A stretch of 64,000 bases of DNA from Fimbriosthenelais zetlandica (GCA_977030845.1 OZ365110.1:20646001-20710000), one strand, 5' to 3'; counted from the first letter of the stretch, positions 1 through 12,540 are shown. Numbers and translations are program-made. The notes: generated by a model from the sequence alone, not told the origin.

Positions 1-728
1 TGGTGAACTTGATCTGGTTTCAGTATAAACCCAATGACCTCCACAGTGCTTTCACTGATTGTCACTGGGCGAGAGTTATTATGTCGGGTCTGTTTGATCA
101 GTGATAGACATCTTAGAGAGCTGTCAGACAATGTGTCATATCTACAGGCATTATGTTAGAACACATCATGCTCCCGACTTGATCGACTGCGTACCATTGT
201 AATGAATTATTGTATGTGATAAGGGGCATGTAAGCAAAGAATGACACTCTCAGCAATATACGCCCGCATGACAGGCGCTGCATTGGGATTGCACTGTTTT
301 CATGCACTTATGCATAGTCTGATACATATTTTACCTTGTTTCCATGAGGTATATTATCCATGGGTATATCACAAATGCTCCCATATATAATTATATTCAC
401 ATGGATGCAATAAAATGCACACGATGGCAAATAATTAATATCTTTCTCTCTGATATCGCCCCGTCGGATGAATATAAATAATAATATTCATTATGTATAG
501 GGCTAGTTTGGACCTATTCCCTCCATTTATCATTGACTTTCCCTGCATTTTCTTTTGGTTATGTATTGTCATAATTCTGAGGGCATTTGTTAACATATTT
601 CCATTTTAGAAAAGTCCAATTGCCTGAAGATGAAGGTAGCCCCTAACTAGATCACAACTGGTTGATCATGGAAAGGTGGCCTAGTTTGTCTGGGGACTGG
701 TAGAGGGCGGCAGTGTAGCGGTAGTGGT

Positions 729-768
729 GGCGCCACTGTGCCGGCGCTACTGTGGTGGCGCTAGTAGG
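729..768 (+). repeat. short degenerate tandem repeat, period 14
   Basis: ggcgccactgtgcc / ggcgctactgtggt / ggcgctagtagg; GGCGC starts at 729, 743 and 757. Confidence 0.6.
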
Positions 769-1899
769 AGGTGCTTGCAAGCAGACGCTTCATTGTCATT
801 CCCCTCACAGTCAGCCTTTGAAGGCTTCAGTCCTGCAAACAGGTCGTGGCGCAGTGTCCTTTTAGTTTAGCATGCGCTTCTTCTCAACACCGCTCCTTTC
901 ACTGCCCCATCTTTATACTTCAAGGTAGGATACTTCTTCATATTCATTGAATATCACCAAACTAATCAGCACTCTCTTGCTCCCGGGTTTCCCTTTTCTG
1001 GGTGGGGACGATTCCCGGCTGCTTACTGCTGGTCTTGGCTCATTGTTCGCAGTGGCTTGCTTCTGTTCCCTTCCTTGATTTTAAGGTCAACCTTGGATTT
1101 TACCTCTTTATTTGATCCCCAAGCTCCTGGTCCATCTCTCATATCATCGGTTTATCATGGAGGCCGAGGATAGGGTGATTTAAGGGCTGGTTTTGGGATG
1201 AAAATCGGTATTACTGTGGTTGGGAAATGGTCACGATTGTGCATCACTGCTGGGTGCTGTAAGAGAGGTGTGCATGGTGGCTGGGTGGAGAGAGACAGCT
1301 GCCCCTGTGTGAGTATATACAGGTTGGAGAGATGCTATTGTTTGTGAGCGCGACTCGCGATTGTTATCTCAAGTCCTTCAATTGACTTTTATGCCTCGTA
1401 TCTATTAAGGGCAGGTGTTGGACATTCAAAGACTCGGCCTTGAGTGGCTGCCGTTTTTACACCCCAACCTTTAGTTAACCTCAGTTCGACCTGAACATTT
1501 AAATGATAGACATCTCGATCTCATGGCCTTTCAATTGATTTGTTGGTGATAACGATTTGATTTCGGTTTGATTTGCCATGATTTCGCTGACCTTTATTTA
1601 ATTTTATGGACTTCTGCTTGACCCCAATAAAGGGTCAGCTTTTTTCGTAGAAAATACTCGTGGTATAGTTTTTCACAATCAAGTTTGAGATATATAGATT
1701 TCTCGCCGGGGAAAATCATTTTTGTTCACATGTTCCTAGTATACCACCATTGGATATATTTTATCTCTATATTATGGCGCACGGCCGTGTATATATCTCT
1801 CGGCAAATGACAAGAAAGTTGCTTGTGCTCCCTTCACCGGAAACAAGGAAGATTATTTTTGCCCCCAACTCGAGTTTCGCCCATTATTTGTAAACCGCT

Positions 1900-2330
1900 G
1901 AGCCAGGCATTGTTTGACGGTCAGAAACTCTCGGCTCAAGCACCACCAAGCTGTCGGGGTTGGCTAGAAAGGGAGGTGGAGGTAGAGGGGGGCGGGAGAG
2001 AGAAGGGGGGTTGAGGGGGCTTTTGGTGTTGTCTGAAAGCAGCGTGGCCATAATAGAGGACTGACAATGGTCGCTGTCGACCCCCCTCCTCCACCTCCTC
2101 CCCCCATCCTCCTCCTCTTCCTCCCGCGCTCTCTGTAGTGATTGATATTTTCGGTGTAGGGCGGGTGGGGGGAAGGCTGGCTTGCTCACAATACTACCCC
2201 CACAACCACCCTGCAACTTGCGCAGGAGCTGAGGGAGGAGGAGGAGGAGGAGTAGAAGGGAGGCTGGCTGGTGGATGGATGCTGCTAGTGGGTGAACTTA
2301 CACTGTAGTAGTACAGCCTACACAGCCATT
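1900..2330. promoter_or_regulatory. GC/CpG-rich, purine/pyrimidine-biased promoter or 5' leader-like region
   Basis: Much higher GC than the flanks, G-runs at 1968-2020, (CCT)n and (GGA)n tracts, immediately upstream of the first strong + strand donor. Confidence 0.4.
2085..2251. repeat. imperfect (CCT)n (2085-2123) and (GGA)n (2236-2251) microsatellites
   Basis: Direct reading: cccctcctccacctcctc...cctcctcctcttcctccc; ggaggaggaggaggag. Confidence 0.8.
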
Positions 2331-2388
2331 GCCGCTTCAGCATCGCTACTGGCTAGTCCTGTTTGTGCTGCTCCTTCTCCCTTTCCTC

Positions 2389-2416
2389 TACTACTACTAC
2401 AACAACCTCTACTACT
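2389..2416 (+). repeat. (CTA)n/(CAA)n microsatellite
   Basis: ctactactactacaacaacctctactact. Confidence 0.8.
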
Positions 2417-2593
2417 GGCGCTACCAGTGAGCACTTCAACTGTGAGCCAGCAGCCAGCCAGCACGCAACCATTGCATCCAACAACGCCAGTTTCCCCCTC
2501 ACTACCTCACCATTGGCCTGCCCAACAGCCAGCCCCATCACTGCCATCTCCAGCCTCGGCTTGCCTCCCTCTTTCTCTGTGTCTCTCTCCCAG

Positions 2594-2680
2594 TTAGTTT
2601 CTAATCTGTGTTGGTTCAACAGCATCCTTACCATTACCAGACGCGTGCCTCTGGGTCCATTTTAAAGCTGGAAAAAAGAG
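2594..2680 (+). ncRNA. candidate non-coding exon of the mir-184 host transcript (may be the 3' part of a longer first exon)
   Basis: Pyrimidine tract ...ctctgtgtctctctcccag acceptor at 2593 and consensus donor GAG|GTAAGT at 2681. All three frames contain stops. Confidence 0.5.
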
Positions 2681-3476
2681 GTAAGTCATTGTGGGTGAAC
2701 TAAACACGCACCACACTTGCTCATCCTGTCTCCCTCTCAAACACGCGCTTTCTACCCGAACACACGGCCATCCACAGTGATGGACCGGTTCTAAAGCTAA
2801 ACAGAAAGAATCAATCAGTATTGGACTACAGTAATATGACCACTCGGCTATTAATACGTGGACGTGCGTAGTCCAAATAGAACACTTCTTGTTCATTGGA
2901 TGAAGCCATCATATTGACTTTCCAATGCTTCTGAAAGACAGTGGTCTGAACTGGGAACATTATAAGGAAACCTGTTGAACTAAGTGTACATATACAACCT
3001 CACTATTCCTCTGTATTTCAAATGACGCTTCGACCAGCAAACTCTTCTTTAAATTCCCCGTGAAATTTGTAGAGCTTGGATTGCATTGAGAGTGAGAGAA
3101 AGCAATACCACCGCCTCACCATGTTTTAGTCATTCTTCTGTTGGTTTTATTTTTACCGTGCCCGTGTGCTTTCAAGTGCTGTCCTCGTTTAAAAATAGTG
3201 ATCCATTTCCAGGTTAAGATTGTGTAACATGCCATTTGTGTGTGGGTGAGTGTGTGACTGTGTGTGGCTGATTTGACCTCATAACACCTGGCTAGGCGCG
3301 GGGGCGGGAGAAGAGAGAAAGGGGGCAGGCCAGTGAATCCCAACACCGCCTAGTATAGAAACCATTGCTTTTCGCAAATGGCCAGCTTTTACTCAATCTT
3401 TCTCCCTATTAGTGTGCATTTCACCCCCAGACAATTCACGCTTTTATTCACAAGCACTGCTTATTGTATTTTCCAG

Positions 3477-3957
3477 GTGAACTGACTGACAGTTGCACTG
3501 GGGAGAGAGTTGTTGGAAGGAAGCTTATCCAAGAAGCAACCGATGCCTTGATGCTGAAGGACAGACAGTTAGAATGCCTCTGGCGGCAAGAGCAGTAACT
3601 AACTCACGGATGCGGCAAGGGAAAGCTGGAACAACAGTCAGAGGAGGGAGAAAGGGACATTTTGACAGGAGGCGCAAGACAGTGTTGGTGGAGCTACCAA
3701 CGAGTCAAAAGCTGGTGTTAAAGTTTTTTGGCAGCAGAGGCTCAGCTTACCTTAAATTTGACATCTAACGCGACTGGCCGGGTTAAAAGACACCAGTGAC
3801 TCGCTATGTGGTGAGATCAGGCCCAGCCTGGATACATATAAAGATGGCAAGCCTTCCTCACTCCATGGGCATTCCTCCAGTGGTCATCCACACTGATACA
3901 TCTCCAGGTCTCCTCCAGTAACCCAGCACCTCAACTTACATCATTATACTACAACTG
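3477..3957 (+). ncRNA. candidate second exon of the mir-184 host transcript
   Basis: Acceptor ttattgtattttccag| at 3476 and donor CTG|GTATGC at 3958. Only short ORFs inside. Confidence 0.45.
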
Positions 3958-5081
3958 GTATGCACCTTCTCCACCATTCACACACATACAACACAAGGTG
4001 ACTATTATATACACACATATCCAACACTGGAGATCTTGTATATATTATATCTATGTCCTCTGCATTTCCGAAGGGAAGTGAAACTGGTGTTGAAAAGAAT
4101 CTGGAAATATTTCTATGTAGGATTGTTAGTAGAGAGATCTGTGAATCAAGCCTCAGATGGATACAGACTTGTGGTCTTTTTTTCCTCGCAGGGAGATGAA
4201 GATGAAACAAGAGTTCATACATGTCATGTAATACCGAGCAGAAAGCATTGAGTAGGGAAGATTTGAAACCATGGAAAACCTGAGGATACCCTCCTTATTT
4301 GGAACTGTGATACAAGCATAGTATTTCTGCAGGGCTCCAGATCTATTAGCTATTGTAGTAGCATCGACATGTCTTAAATATAGGCTGAATATTTGCTATA
4401 TTAGACGTAGAAAGTATCTCTGCAGGTGCGATTTCACTGCTTGATTGTATTATTTTGTTTTGAATTTCTTTAGTGCTTGCTCTCTTGATGCTATCTGCTG
4501 CTTTTGGTGGTAAAAATTCTCAGAATTTCATCTTTTCTGTCTCTATCACGGCTAGGTCCTTTTGTTTGCTCTCTTTCCTGAGTGCAGACAGGAGGAGAGA
4601 CACAGGTAAAGGGATTTCATTTGAGTAACCTAGTTGTCCGCTTAGTCACGCTTAGTACGGCTGAGTGCCGCCAGAGGTGCCTAGTGGCGTGTGGGGAGTT
4701 ATTAAGGGGGAAGCCATAGTGCTTGGAGTCGACCTCAGTGTATTCCTATACGTAACGCTTTTAGTACAAAGCACCTGGCCCGTGTTACCTTAGCACCTTC
4801 TGCGTTGCATTGAACAATGGGGCAGGCAGTGCCCTTTTGAACTCTTCTTTCTACTGAGATTTTCCTTGGCATTAACTCCTCAAATATTATTCATTAAAAA
4901 GGAATTATTCGGTATTTCGAGATTTTTAAACGTTTTTTATGACAGAAAGAGACTACATATGAGGCCAATACACGTACAAGGAGAGCGGACGGACATAGTT
5001 GGATTTACTTTACCTCCTGTGATAGGGCAACGTTGGATTCAGCCGATGAAAGAAGAGGATACTCATTCATTTACCACGTTT

Positions 5082-5141
5082 CCTTAGCACTTCGTCGTCC
5101 AGTTTAATATTTGAATTATTGGACGGAGAACTGATAAGGGC
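5082..5141 (+). ncRNA. mir-184: microRNA mir-184 precursor hairpin (mature 3p arm 5120-5141; star arm about 5082-5103)
   Basis: 5120-5141 reads TGGACGGAGAACTGATAAGGGC, identical to mature miR-184 as I recall it for invertebrates (human ends GGGT). Upstream arm CCTTAGCACTTCGTCGTCCAGT pairs with it across a 16-nt AT-rich loop (5104-5119). Flanks ACCACGTTT / GCGTGTGGT extend the stem. Confidence 0.95.
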
Positions 5142-5332
5142 GTGTGGTTAAATGGACTCTGCCATAAACTTGTAAAACTACTTTGACATCTGAGCACCAG
5201 GCCCGCCTAGAACACCATGTATAAAAGGAACGAGTTGATCTTTCCAGCTTTAATGCTGCCCTCATTTTGCTCATAGAAGCGTTCTTTTTCCAATCTTTAT
5301 ATTGGTTGTAATTATAAATGTTTCATTGTCAG

Positions 5333-5430
5333 GTGTGCAATATAAGGTATAGTTCAAACTGATAAGGAACATTGCAGTCAGTGATAAAGGGAAGTACAGT
5401 ATCAATAAACCTTACCTGATGACTGATAAG
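5333..5430 (+). ncRNA. candidate terminal exon of the mir-184 host transcript
   Basis: Acceptor tttcattgtcag| at 5332 followed by AATAAA at 5404-5409. The 3' end is approximate. Confidence 0.25.
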
Positions 5431-8400
5431 CGAGTCATACCACAGTACAGCAATTATCTGTGTGAGGAAATACAGAAAAGCTGATCTATAAACCATCACC
5501 CTTACATATTGTATAATAGGTGAGTTCTGTGGTAAACGTATTGTTGTCTAGGTCAGTGCTGAATCAGCTACAACATGGTTTTGTAAGTCAAACATACAAT
5601 CCTTCTGATAAATATGCTTAATCAGAAATAATTGTGACAATAATCGAGATCGTATTGTTCAAAATAACAGATGGAAGCATCCGCTTGCCATTGCTTTACA
5701 AACAGGTAAAGTTGACCTCAGAAAATCTTTTATTCCAGGAATAGTAATTAGGGGCATAGACAACTGGAAACGGTGTGACAGTCTGCAAGCAATAGAGTAC
5801 ATTACCCAAGTATGCAGATTGCAAATGACTATACACACAGCTGCGAGTTCCCAATTCTATCCCCAAACCCAACACGTTTTGTCTCTGCGAAGGGGCCTGG
5901 GTGTCTGGTACCATTTGCGGGGCCATAGTGATGCTTTATTACTACCGGGTGATGGGCGAGAGGGTCAGGGAACAAAGCCTTTTGTACTGGTGCAGTCAAT
6001 GGAGCCCAAATCCGTAGGCAGATGTCAGTGGAATGATGTGTCGGTGATTTATTCCTGTGAATGGCTACTTGGAGTGATTTGCTAGCGTCCCGTCGAGCGG
6101 CGCTGGCTCTCCCAGGACAGTTTGGGATGGGTCCCGCCCTGGCTAAAGGTCAATAAACGATTGGTAATTTGTTATCTTTTTTTTCTGGGAACGTAAGCCT
6201 ATCCACCGGGAATAGGTATATTCGACACGGCTAGATATTTTTTGGCTTTTTATTCCTTGTGTATAATTAGTTAATTTTGGATACCAAAGCTTTCCCCTTC
6301 GCTAAAGTGGGATGTAATACTAGAGGCCTTTTGGATGGGTTCAGATTGTATAAAAGGGTTTGCCTTGACATTATATAAGAATATCTGACGGTAAGTATCT
6401 GGACTCATGCTGGTTTTCATCGCCTCAAGAAATGGGAGCTTTGACGGGATTAAACCATCTCCCCGTGAGTCTTGAGGTCTCGGCCATTGTTGTGCGGCCA
6501 GGTAGCTACATCTGCTAACAGCAGGAGAGAGGGAGGGAAGAGAGGGGAGTCTGGCAGATGGGTAGCCCCAGGGCTACTATCCAACCAGTTAACGGGACTT
6601 GGCTGGGCTAGGTTTGACAAGGTGTCGAAACAAACTGCCCCCTCCACCTCAAGGCGTCTTACCTCCACAACACTCTCATTTACTCACCTCCACCTGTCCC
6701 CTCCAAGTTTTTCATTATTTTCAAAATCCCACTTAAAGTATGGTATTGACTGTCAAAAAGCCCCTATATATAATATAACTGCAGTATGCTCCTTTCATTG
6801 GTACTGAAATCGTGAGTCTGATTTTGGACTTGACTGAGATATTCCATGTGAAGGAATTTTTCTTATTTTTTCCTCATTTTGGTTGACCTGTAAAGCCCTT
6901 TCATGCATTCCTACATCCTACCTACACCTGGCCTTTCTTGGCGTTGTCGCTAGGAAACGCCTCCCCATTCCTTACCCTCAACTCTTTTATGTTCTACCTC
7001 TTGCTCGCCCCCGACCACCTGGCACATCCGAGATGTCCCCCTTTCCCCCATCAGAACTTCAGTTCCCATTTAATCACCTATTGCCTCCAGTATAGCGGAC
7101 CCACTCAGACTACATGGTCTTCATCTGTCATAAGAATTACACCCTTGGCAAGCGCCCTTCAACCTCCCTCCCCTAGGAGCCTGATCGTTCCAGGTGGTAC
7201 AAACATTGACAGGTGCGATCCTATGGCACGCGCCCAATTACAGACATTTATCCCAGCTTCTACATGACTAGCAGCCAATACAGTCTGAACTGACGCGCTG
7301 GGGTAAAAGAGGAGGATTAGCATTGTTTGTACTAGTTATTCCAAGGGGCAATCCCAGTCCATTCCCCTATGGGATCAAGCTAAGCTTTTGAGGCTCCCGC
7401 GTCCATGTCAGCAAGAGCGTGACCTCAACTTCCGGTAATGAAATGCTAGACCGTGTCATTGACAGTATTCTCAGTTTTTCCCCACCATTTCCCTCTCATT
7501 GTCTTCTTGAAATCTCCCTCCCTATTGCTGAAGTAACGAGCGATTCCCTTATGAAATCGCAGACAATAAAATGAAACGAGGAAAAAGCATATACAAATCC
7601 TTTCGTTTCTCGTATTATCGCCCATGCCTGAGTTGAGTCATGTGTGATTTCAATCGGTTCGCGTTACTCACCTTATCTGAAGCAGGGCATTTAGCACGAT
7701 GTGGAGGCATTTAGATCCATATCTCCCATGGTAATTATGCGGCTCAATGTAGCTGGATTTTGCTATAGGATGGCTATTGTCCTGCCGTGATTGTCGTTGG
7801 TGGGAGGGACAGATGTGGCCTCTTGAAAATCCCGCCGAGTCTCGCGCCACCAGCGCGACTGCCTCTCCCCGGCTAAGCTTGGGTTTCAACGCATTTAGTC
7901 CGGGCCATATGTCAGTGTAAACCAAGCCGGTCAGAGCGGTTGTTTTGCTACTGTTAATCATCGGTTTAGCCTCGAATGCTTATTACATGGCATCGTTTGG
8001 CACCGTGGGAGCGCGGCTAAACCATAAGCTGTCACGTCCTGTCACCCTACCTGGTCGCATTACATTAATTTATAGCTGTCACCCTCTGTACTTACCAGCT
8101 AATAATCTCATGGTCATTGGAGCCTGCTCGATAACTGTAAAATATTGAAACAGTCCTGGGTTAGTGCTGAATAAAGATTGATACACCTCCATTATACATT
8201 GGTAATTCGAAACAATAACAGTAGAAAGGGTACATAGAACCAAGAACGCTGTAAATCTCGCTCAATGCCCTTGGTCCTTCAATTACAACAGTTAATATAT
8301 GAAATTTAATATGACTGTGGCTTTTTAAAAAAAGAAAAAAGTTTGTTTTCTAGTAGGCTTACATTTGCAGGCCGTTATACAACAATGCTTTACCCTGTGG

Positions 8401-8654
8401 TTGTACAATGCCTGCAGATAATACTGGTTGGGAATAAATACTTCGATCTTGAGTCAGACTTGAGGCCTATAAATAGCCTAGGCCTATGCATCCTTTAATC
8501 TCCCTTTTACATGGCCGGCAAATAAATTGAACCTGCATAGTCAATTCTATTAACATTTTCCAATTATTGATTAATTGTGATGCAATAACAACATAATTTG
8601 TTTTAATACAACTATTTGGAAAACTCGACAGCATTCTGATCAATTCCACGGAGA

Positions 8655-9130
8655 ACAGGCAGATTCCAATGATATTTCCATAACAAGATTATCTTCAAGA
8701 CATGGATGGCTAGGATGGAATGGAAGATAAAATGATAATCTCTGTTGAAAGCAAAACCCGCGTATTTTTCACTCATTTAGGAGGAAACCAGTACCTTCTT
8801 TGTACTACAGCAAAACGTATACTTTATTCTAATCACCAAAAACGATGTGTCAAGCCATTCCTTTTTTATTCCGGAGGACTATGTTCCAAAGAAAAGAAAC
8901 AAATTCAATTATGTGGATTATACTTTTTCATATTCCAACAAATGACTTCTTTCTAATCATTGTATCTACGATAAAGGCTTTCTGTAACATGTGTCTATCC
9001 AACACTGACTGTTTTGCAGGCAGGTGTCATTCTCCTTTCTTGGATGCAGCTACGATCAGAGTTCACGATAATTGATCTCTATACAACAGCTATACCTTCT
9101 ACCCAGGAGACAGGGGGATACATACATGAT
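8655..9130 (+). mobile_element. decayed PIF/Harbinger (ISL2EU-like) transposase fragment
   Basis: Collinear motifs across frames with stops: GRFQ*..KIIFKTW (cf. YRF..SRIF.TW), TRVFF (cf. RVIIDCTE), LYSNHQKRCVKPFL (cf. TYSNYK..NT.KFL), YDKGF at 8967-8981 (cf. ADKGF). Confidence 0.4.
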
Positions 9131-12100
9131 ACCTGCCCCCTTTTGGTCCTTAGAAGGCCTTCATCCTCTCCATTGTGTATCTACAGTCAATCATAAGCCA
9201 CACTGTTGGCAGCCCATATGCTTCTTAATGCCAACCACCTGAGCTTGGGAAGAGAGGAGGCAAAAAAGTGCCCAGGCTTTGAGGAGACCAATCCAATCAC
9301 TCTGGGTCTCTTCTTGTGTACAACACGCACTTGTCATAGATCAGGGGGAAGACTCTGGTTGCTGGGCCGGGGTCGAGTGGACTGTTTAGGCAGCTTGATA
9401 TGATGCTGATGCTTAGTTCCCATCAATCAAACAAGCATGACCCGAGTAGCTCTCTCAAAATCACCACCAGGCCCCTCTGCCTCTTTATTCATCTGCTGGC
9501 CTTTAAGGGGCTGTCTGAAGCAGTAAGGTGGCTAGTCAGGGGGCATCCATACAACAGGAATCCGAACTGGAGAAGTAACAATGAAAAGTAACGACGGGAA
9601 GTTTGAAAACTTAAAAATTCTATATATGCAGTCCTTTAGTTCTGGACAATAAGTTTGGAGAGACAGAATGCAGAGTTTTGTGAAGCGAGACAATAATGAG
9701 ACTGAGCAAATAGGATGTTGCTTTTGTATTTCAAAGTTCATTCTCTTAAATGAATTCTGAAGTATTGTGTTGAATTTAGAGAATTAATTCATTTGGGCAT
9801 GAATTCATGTTAGGGATATAGGACCTACTGCTCAATAGAAATTCATAATACCCCTGGCCAAAACTCCATGGGGCAAGACAGACCGGATTAAAAGTATCTG
9901 TTAAGATCGGGAATAATGTTTCTTGTATAATGTCATGCATTGTTTGGAGGCTCCATGTTATTGACACAATACTCTTGCTTTTACAACAGAGTACACGTGG
10001 ATTTTAAGCCCAAACCAGTTGCAACCCCTTGATACACAGTACTCTGAAAAAAAGAGCTGAAAAAAGAGCTTATGGAAATCAATCCATTTGTCCAGTTCCC
10101 AAAATATTTTAATCTTCTTGGCGTCTCACTTCCCGACGGCAGGATACATTTAATTGGGGCGGACGGTAAAAGGAAAAAGAATTGGGTGGAATTTGGCCGA
10201 CATTATCCATAAAAAAATGGTTTAAAAATATCAACTTAAAATTGCTTCATGAATGAAGAACGATGGTGCGGAGTGAAAATTTATGGACCAGTCAACAAAG
10301 TTGGCGCTAATCATGATTGGTCACCAATATCATGTCACTTGATTGGGTCACATGCTTCCCCCATCTCGGGCCGTTATCAAGGGTGGATGAGAAATCAAGC
10401 GACTTTTACACTATGGGCGAGATGCGAGGCGACAGAGCGATTGTCGCCGACAGGATGAAGAAAAGCCAGGCCATGATGTTTGCTCGTCCATCATGCCGTC
10501 TTGGATGCGACCTCATTAAGTGTGTATTGAACAGTTATCATCACCTCAGAATGTGGCCTTGGAAAAAGCTTTGTTCCGCCTTGATCAGTCAATCTCTTTG
10601 GTAATTCATTCCAGGAAATTCAAAACTCCATTAAGTAGTGGTATGAAAAATTCAAGTAGCAGCCAATTTTTTTCTTCGATTAAAAGTTTTGAAGGGAATT
10701 GATTTGTTTTTGATTGGCTTTCGCTGATGACCTTAAATCTTTTGAGCTCCAATTTTCCATGGCTTACTTGACCCCAAGAAAATCAGTAAATTTGAGCGAT
10801 TTTTCCCTCGTTTTACACTAATGATTTGGGCCATGTACTAGTGATATAATTTCCACCTATATTTATCTATTCCTCAAGTGCAAGCCCCTCATCCCATGAA
10901 TGAATGTTGGTACTTCAGATACGGACTGCTAGAGAATCTGCTGAGCTACTCCTACCCTTGAGAACATGTTTCTCTTCACAAGGGAAATAGGTCAGAACAG
11001 CTCCTGGTTCCATGACTACTTTAATACGTTCTAATTCCAATCACTAATTAACTGAAAATGATGCTTCATTCATCCTCATTGTCATGAATTCTCAAGCAAG
11101 AGTGTGATAAATACCCATAAGTATTAATGCCCGCGAAATTTTAGGTCCGGATTATACCCATAACAAACAATAATTGCAACACTAGATAATGTTCTAGATT
11201 ACAGATTCAAGAACTATGTCATCTTTAGGTATTTCGTTTAAAATCTGGAAGACAATTGACCAAAGTCTTCTGTTATAAATAGAATTGATTGATTCGATGA
11301 TCAATTGGAAATGATTTTCAGCCAATTCCACAGGTGGAACACTTTTTAATTCTGATGAAAGGAGCGAAAACACTCGCTAAAGGATTGCATAATTGAGAAA
11401 GAACATGAATGTTTTAAGTTCGTTCCCGTTTCTAAATGGGGAATTAGGAAGTTGGTTTTCATATTGATTTTCTGACTAAATGTGCCAGAAAAAGGAGGGT
11501 GAAAATGGAATAATCGACAGACTTAAAGGAAGTTGATGCGTTGATAATCTGTGAAAATTATCTCAAGATTTCCTTTCTGTTTAATGAAGATGACCTTAAT
11601 TTGGGGCATGCTGAATTTAAAAGAGGGAAAAACATCCTCAAGAAGATATTCCGAGTATGGACATGGAATATTGGGAGCTCAGGAAGGTCCAGAAACTAGC
11701 TAATTCTAACAACCATTTCCCATGGATACATCGTTCGCAATTCCTTCTTACACATCCTTCTTCCTTCATCCTGTCTGAAGCTATATTTGATAATAGGATA
11801 TACTGTCATAATCTCCCACCTGACAGGCCTCGAAAGTCAAGAAGACTTTTGAAATTCGAAAAGTTTATAATTTAGTTGTCTTTCCCTCGAAGGGATCGAG
11901 GATTTCACTTCTAAAGCTATGACTTTGGATAGAGGGCAATTACATTTATACGCCATAATCCCCAACTCTGAGCCCCGAGAGTTCCCTGAAGAAAAACGTA
12001 GAACGCTTCCATTTTTCCATGCTCCACATTGCCCGGACCCACAGGAGAGGCGGACTCATCGCCGAAGCCAGAGTTAATTAAATAAAAATGGTCATTCGTC

Positions 12101-12540
12101 TTAATTACAGCCAATGAGAAGGAGGCTACGACGTGGCCCCGACGTGCCGCTGGCGTTCACCTCTGGACGCGGCTCTAGGAGAGGAAGCGGAAGTAGGCGG
12201 CGTGGCAGTCGGTTGCCGATGATAGCCGACAGCGGGCGTTCAGGCTTGAAGGCTCTCTCCGTCCCCCACCCTCAGGCTGGACCCCACTTCTTCACCTGTC
12301 ACTCAACCAGCACACAATCAAGGCAGAATTTCATTAAGATATCCCCTTTGTTCCCCAAGGTATAGTAGATAGAAGGGGTCCGGGCGAAGCGATAAAATAA
12401 CCCTCACCACCCCTAGATTCTCTTTGATGCCCGCAGACCAGCAAAACATCAAGATTGGCAGAATTTCCCTCACTTCCTTTCTCTTTCTATATTTTTATCC
12501 AAGTTAGCATCCTGTGAGCTTTTGATGCCCGATCGATTTG

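Noticed and set aside
1884-2665. Several 90-110 aa ORFs on both strands
   Set aside because: Produced by GC-rich microsatellite sequence; low-complexity translations, mostly non-ATG starts, no domain similarity.
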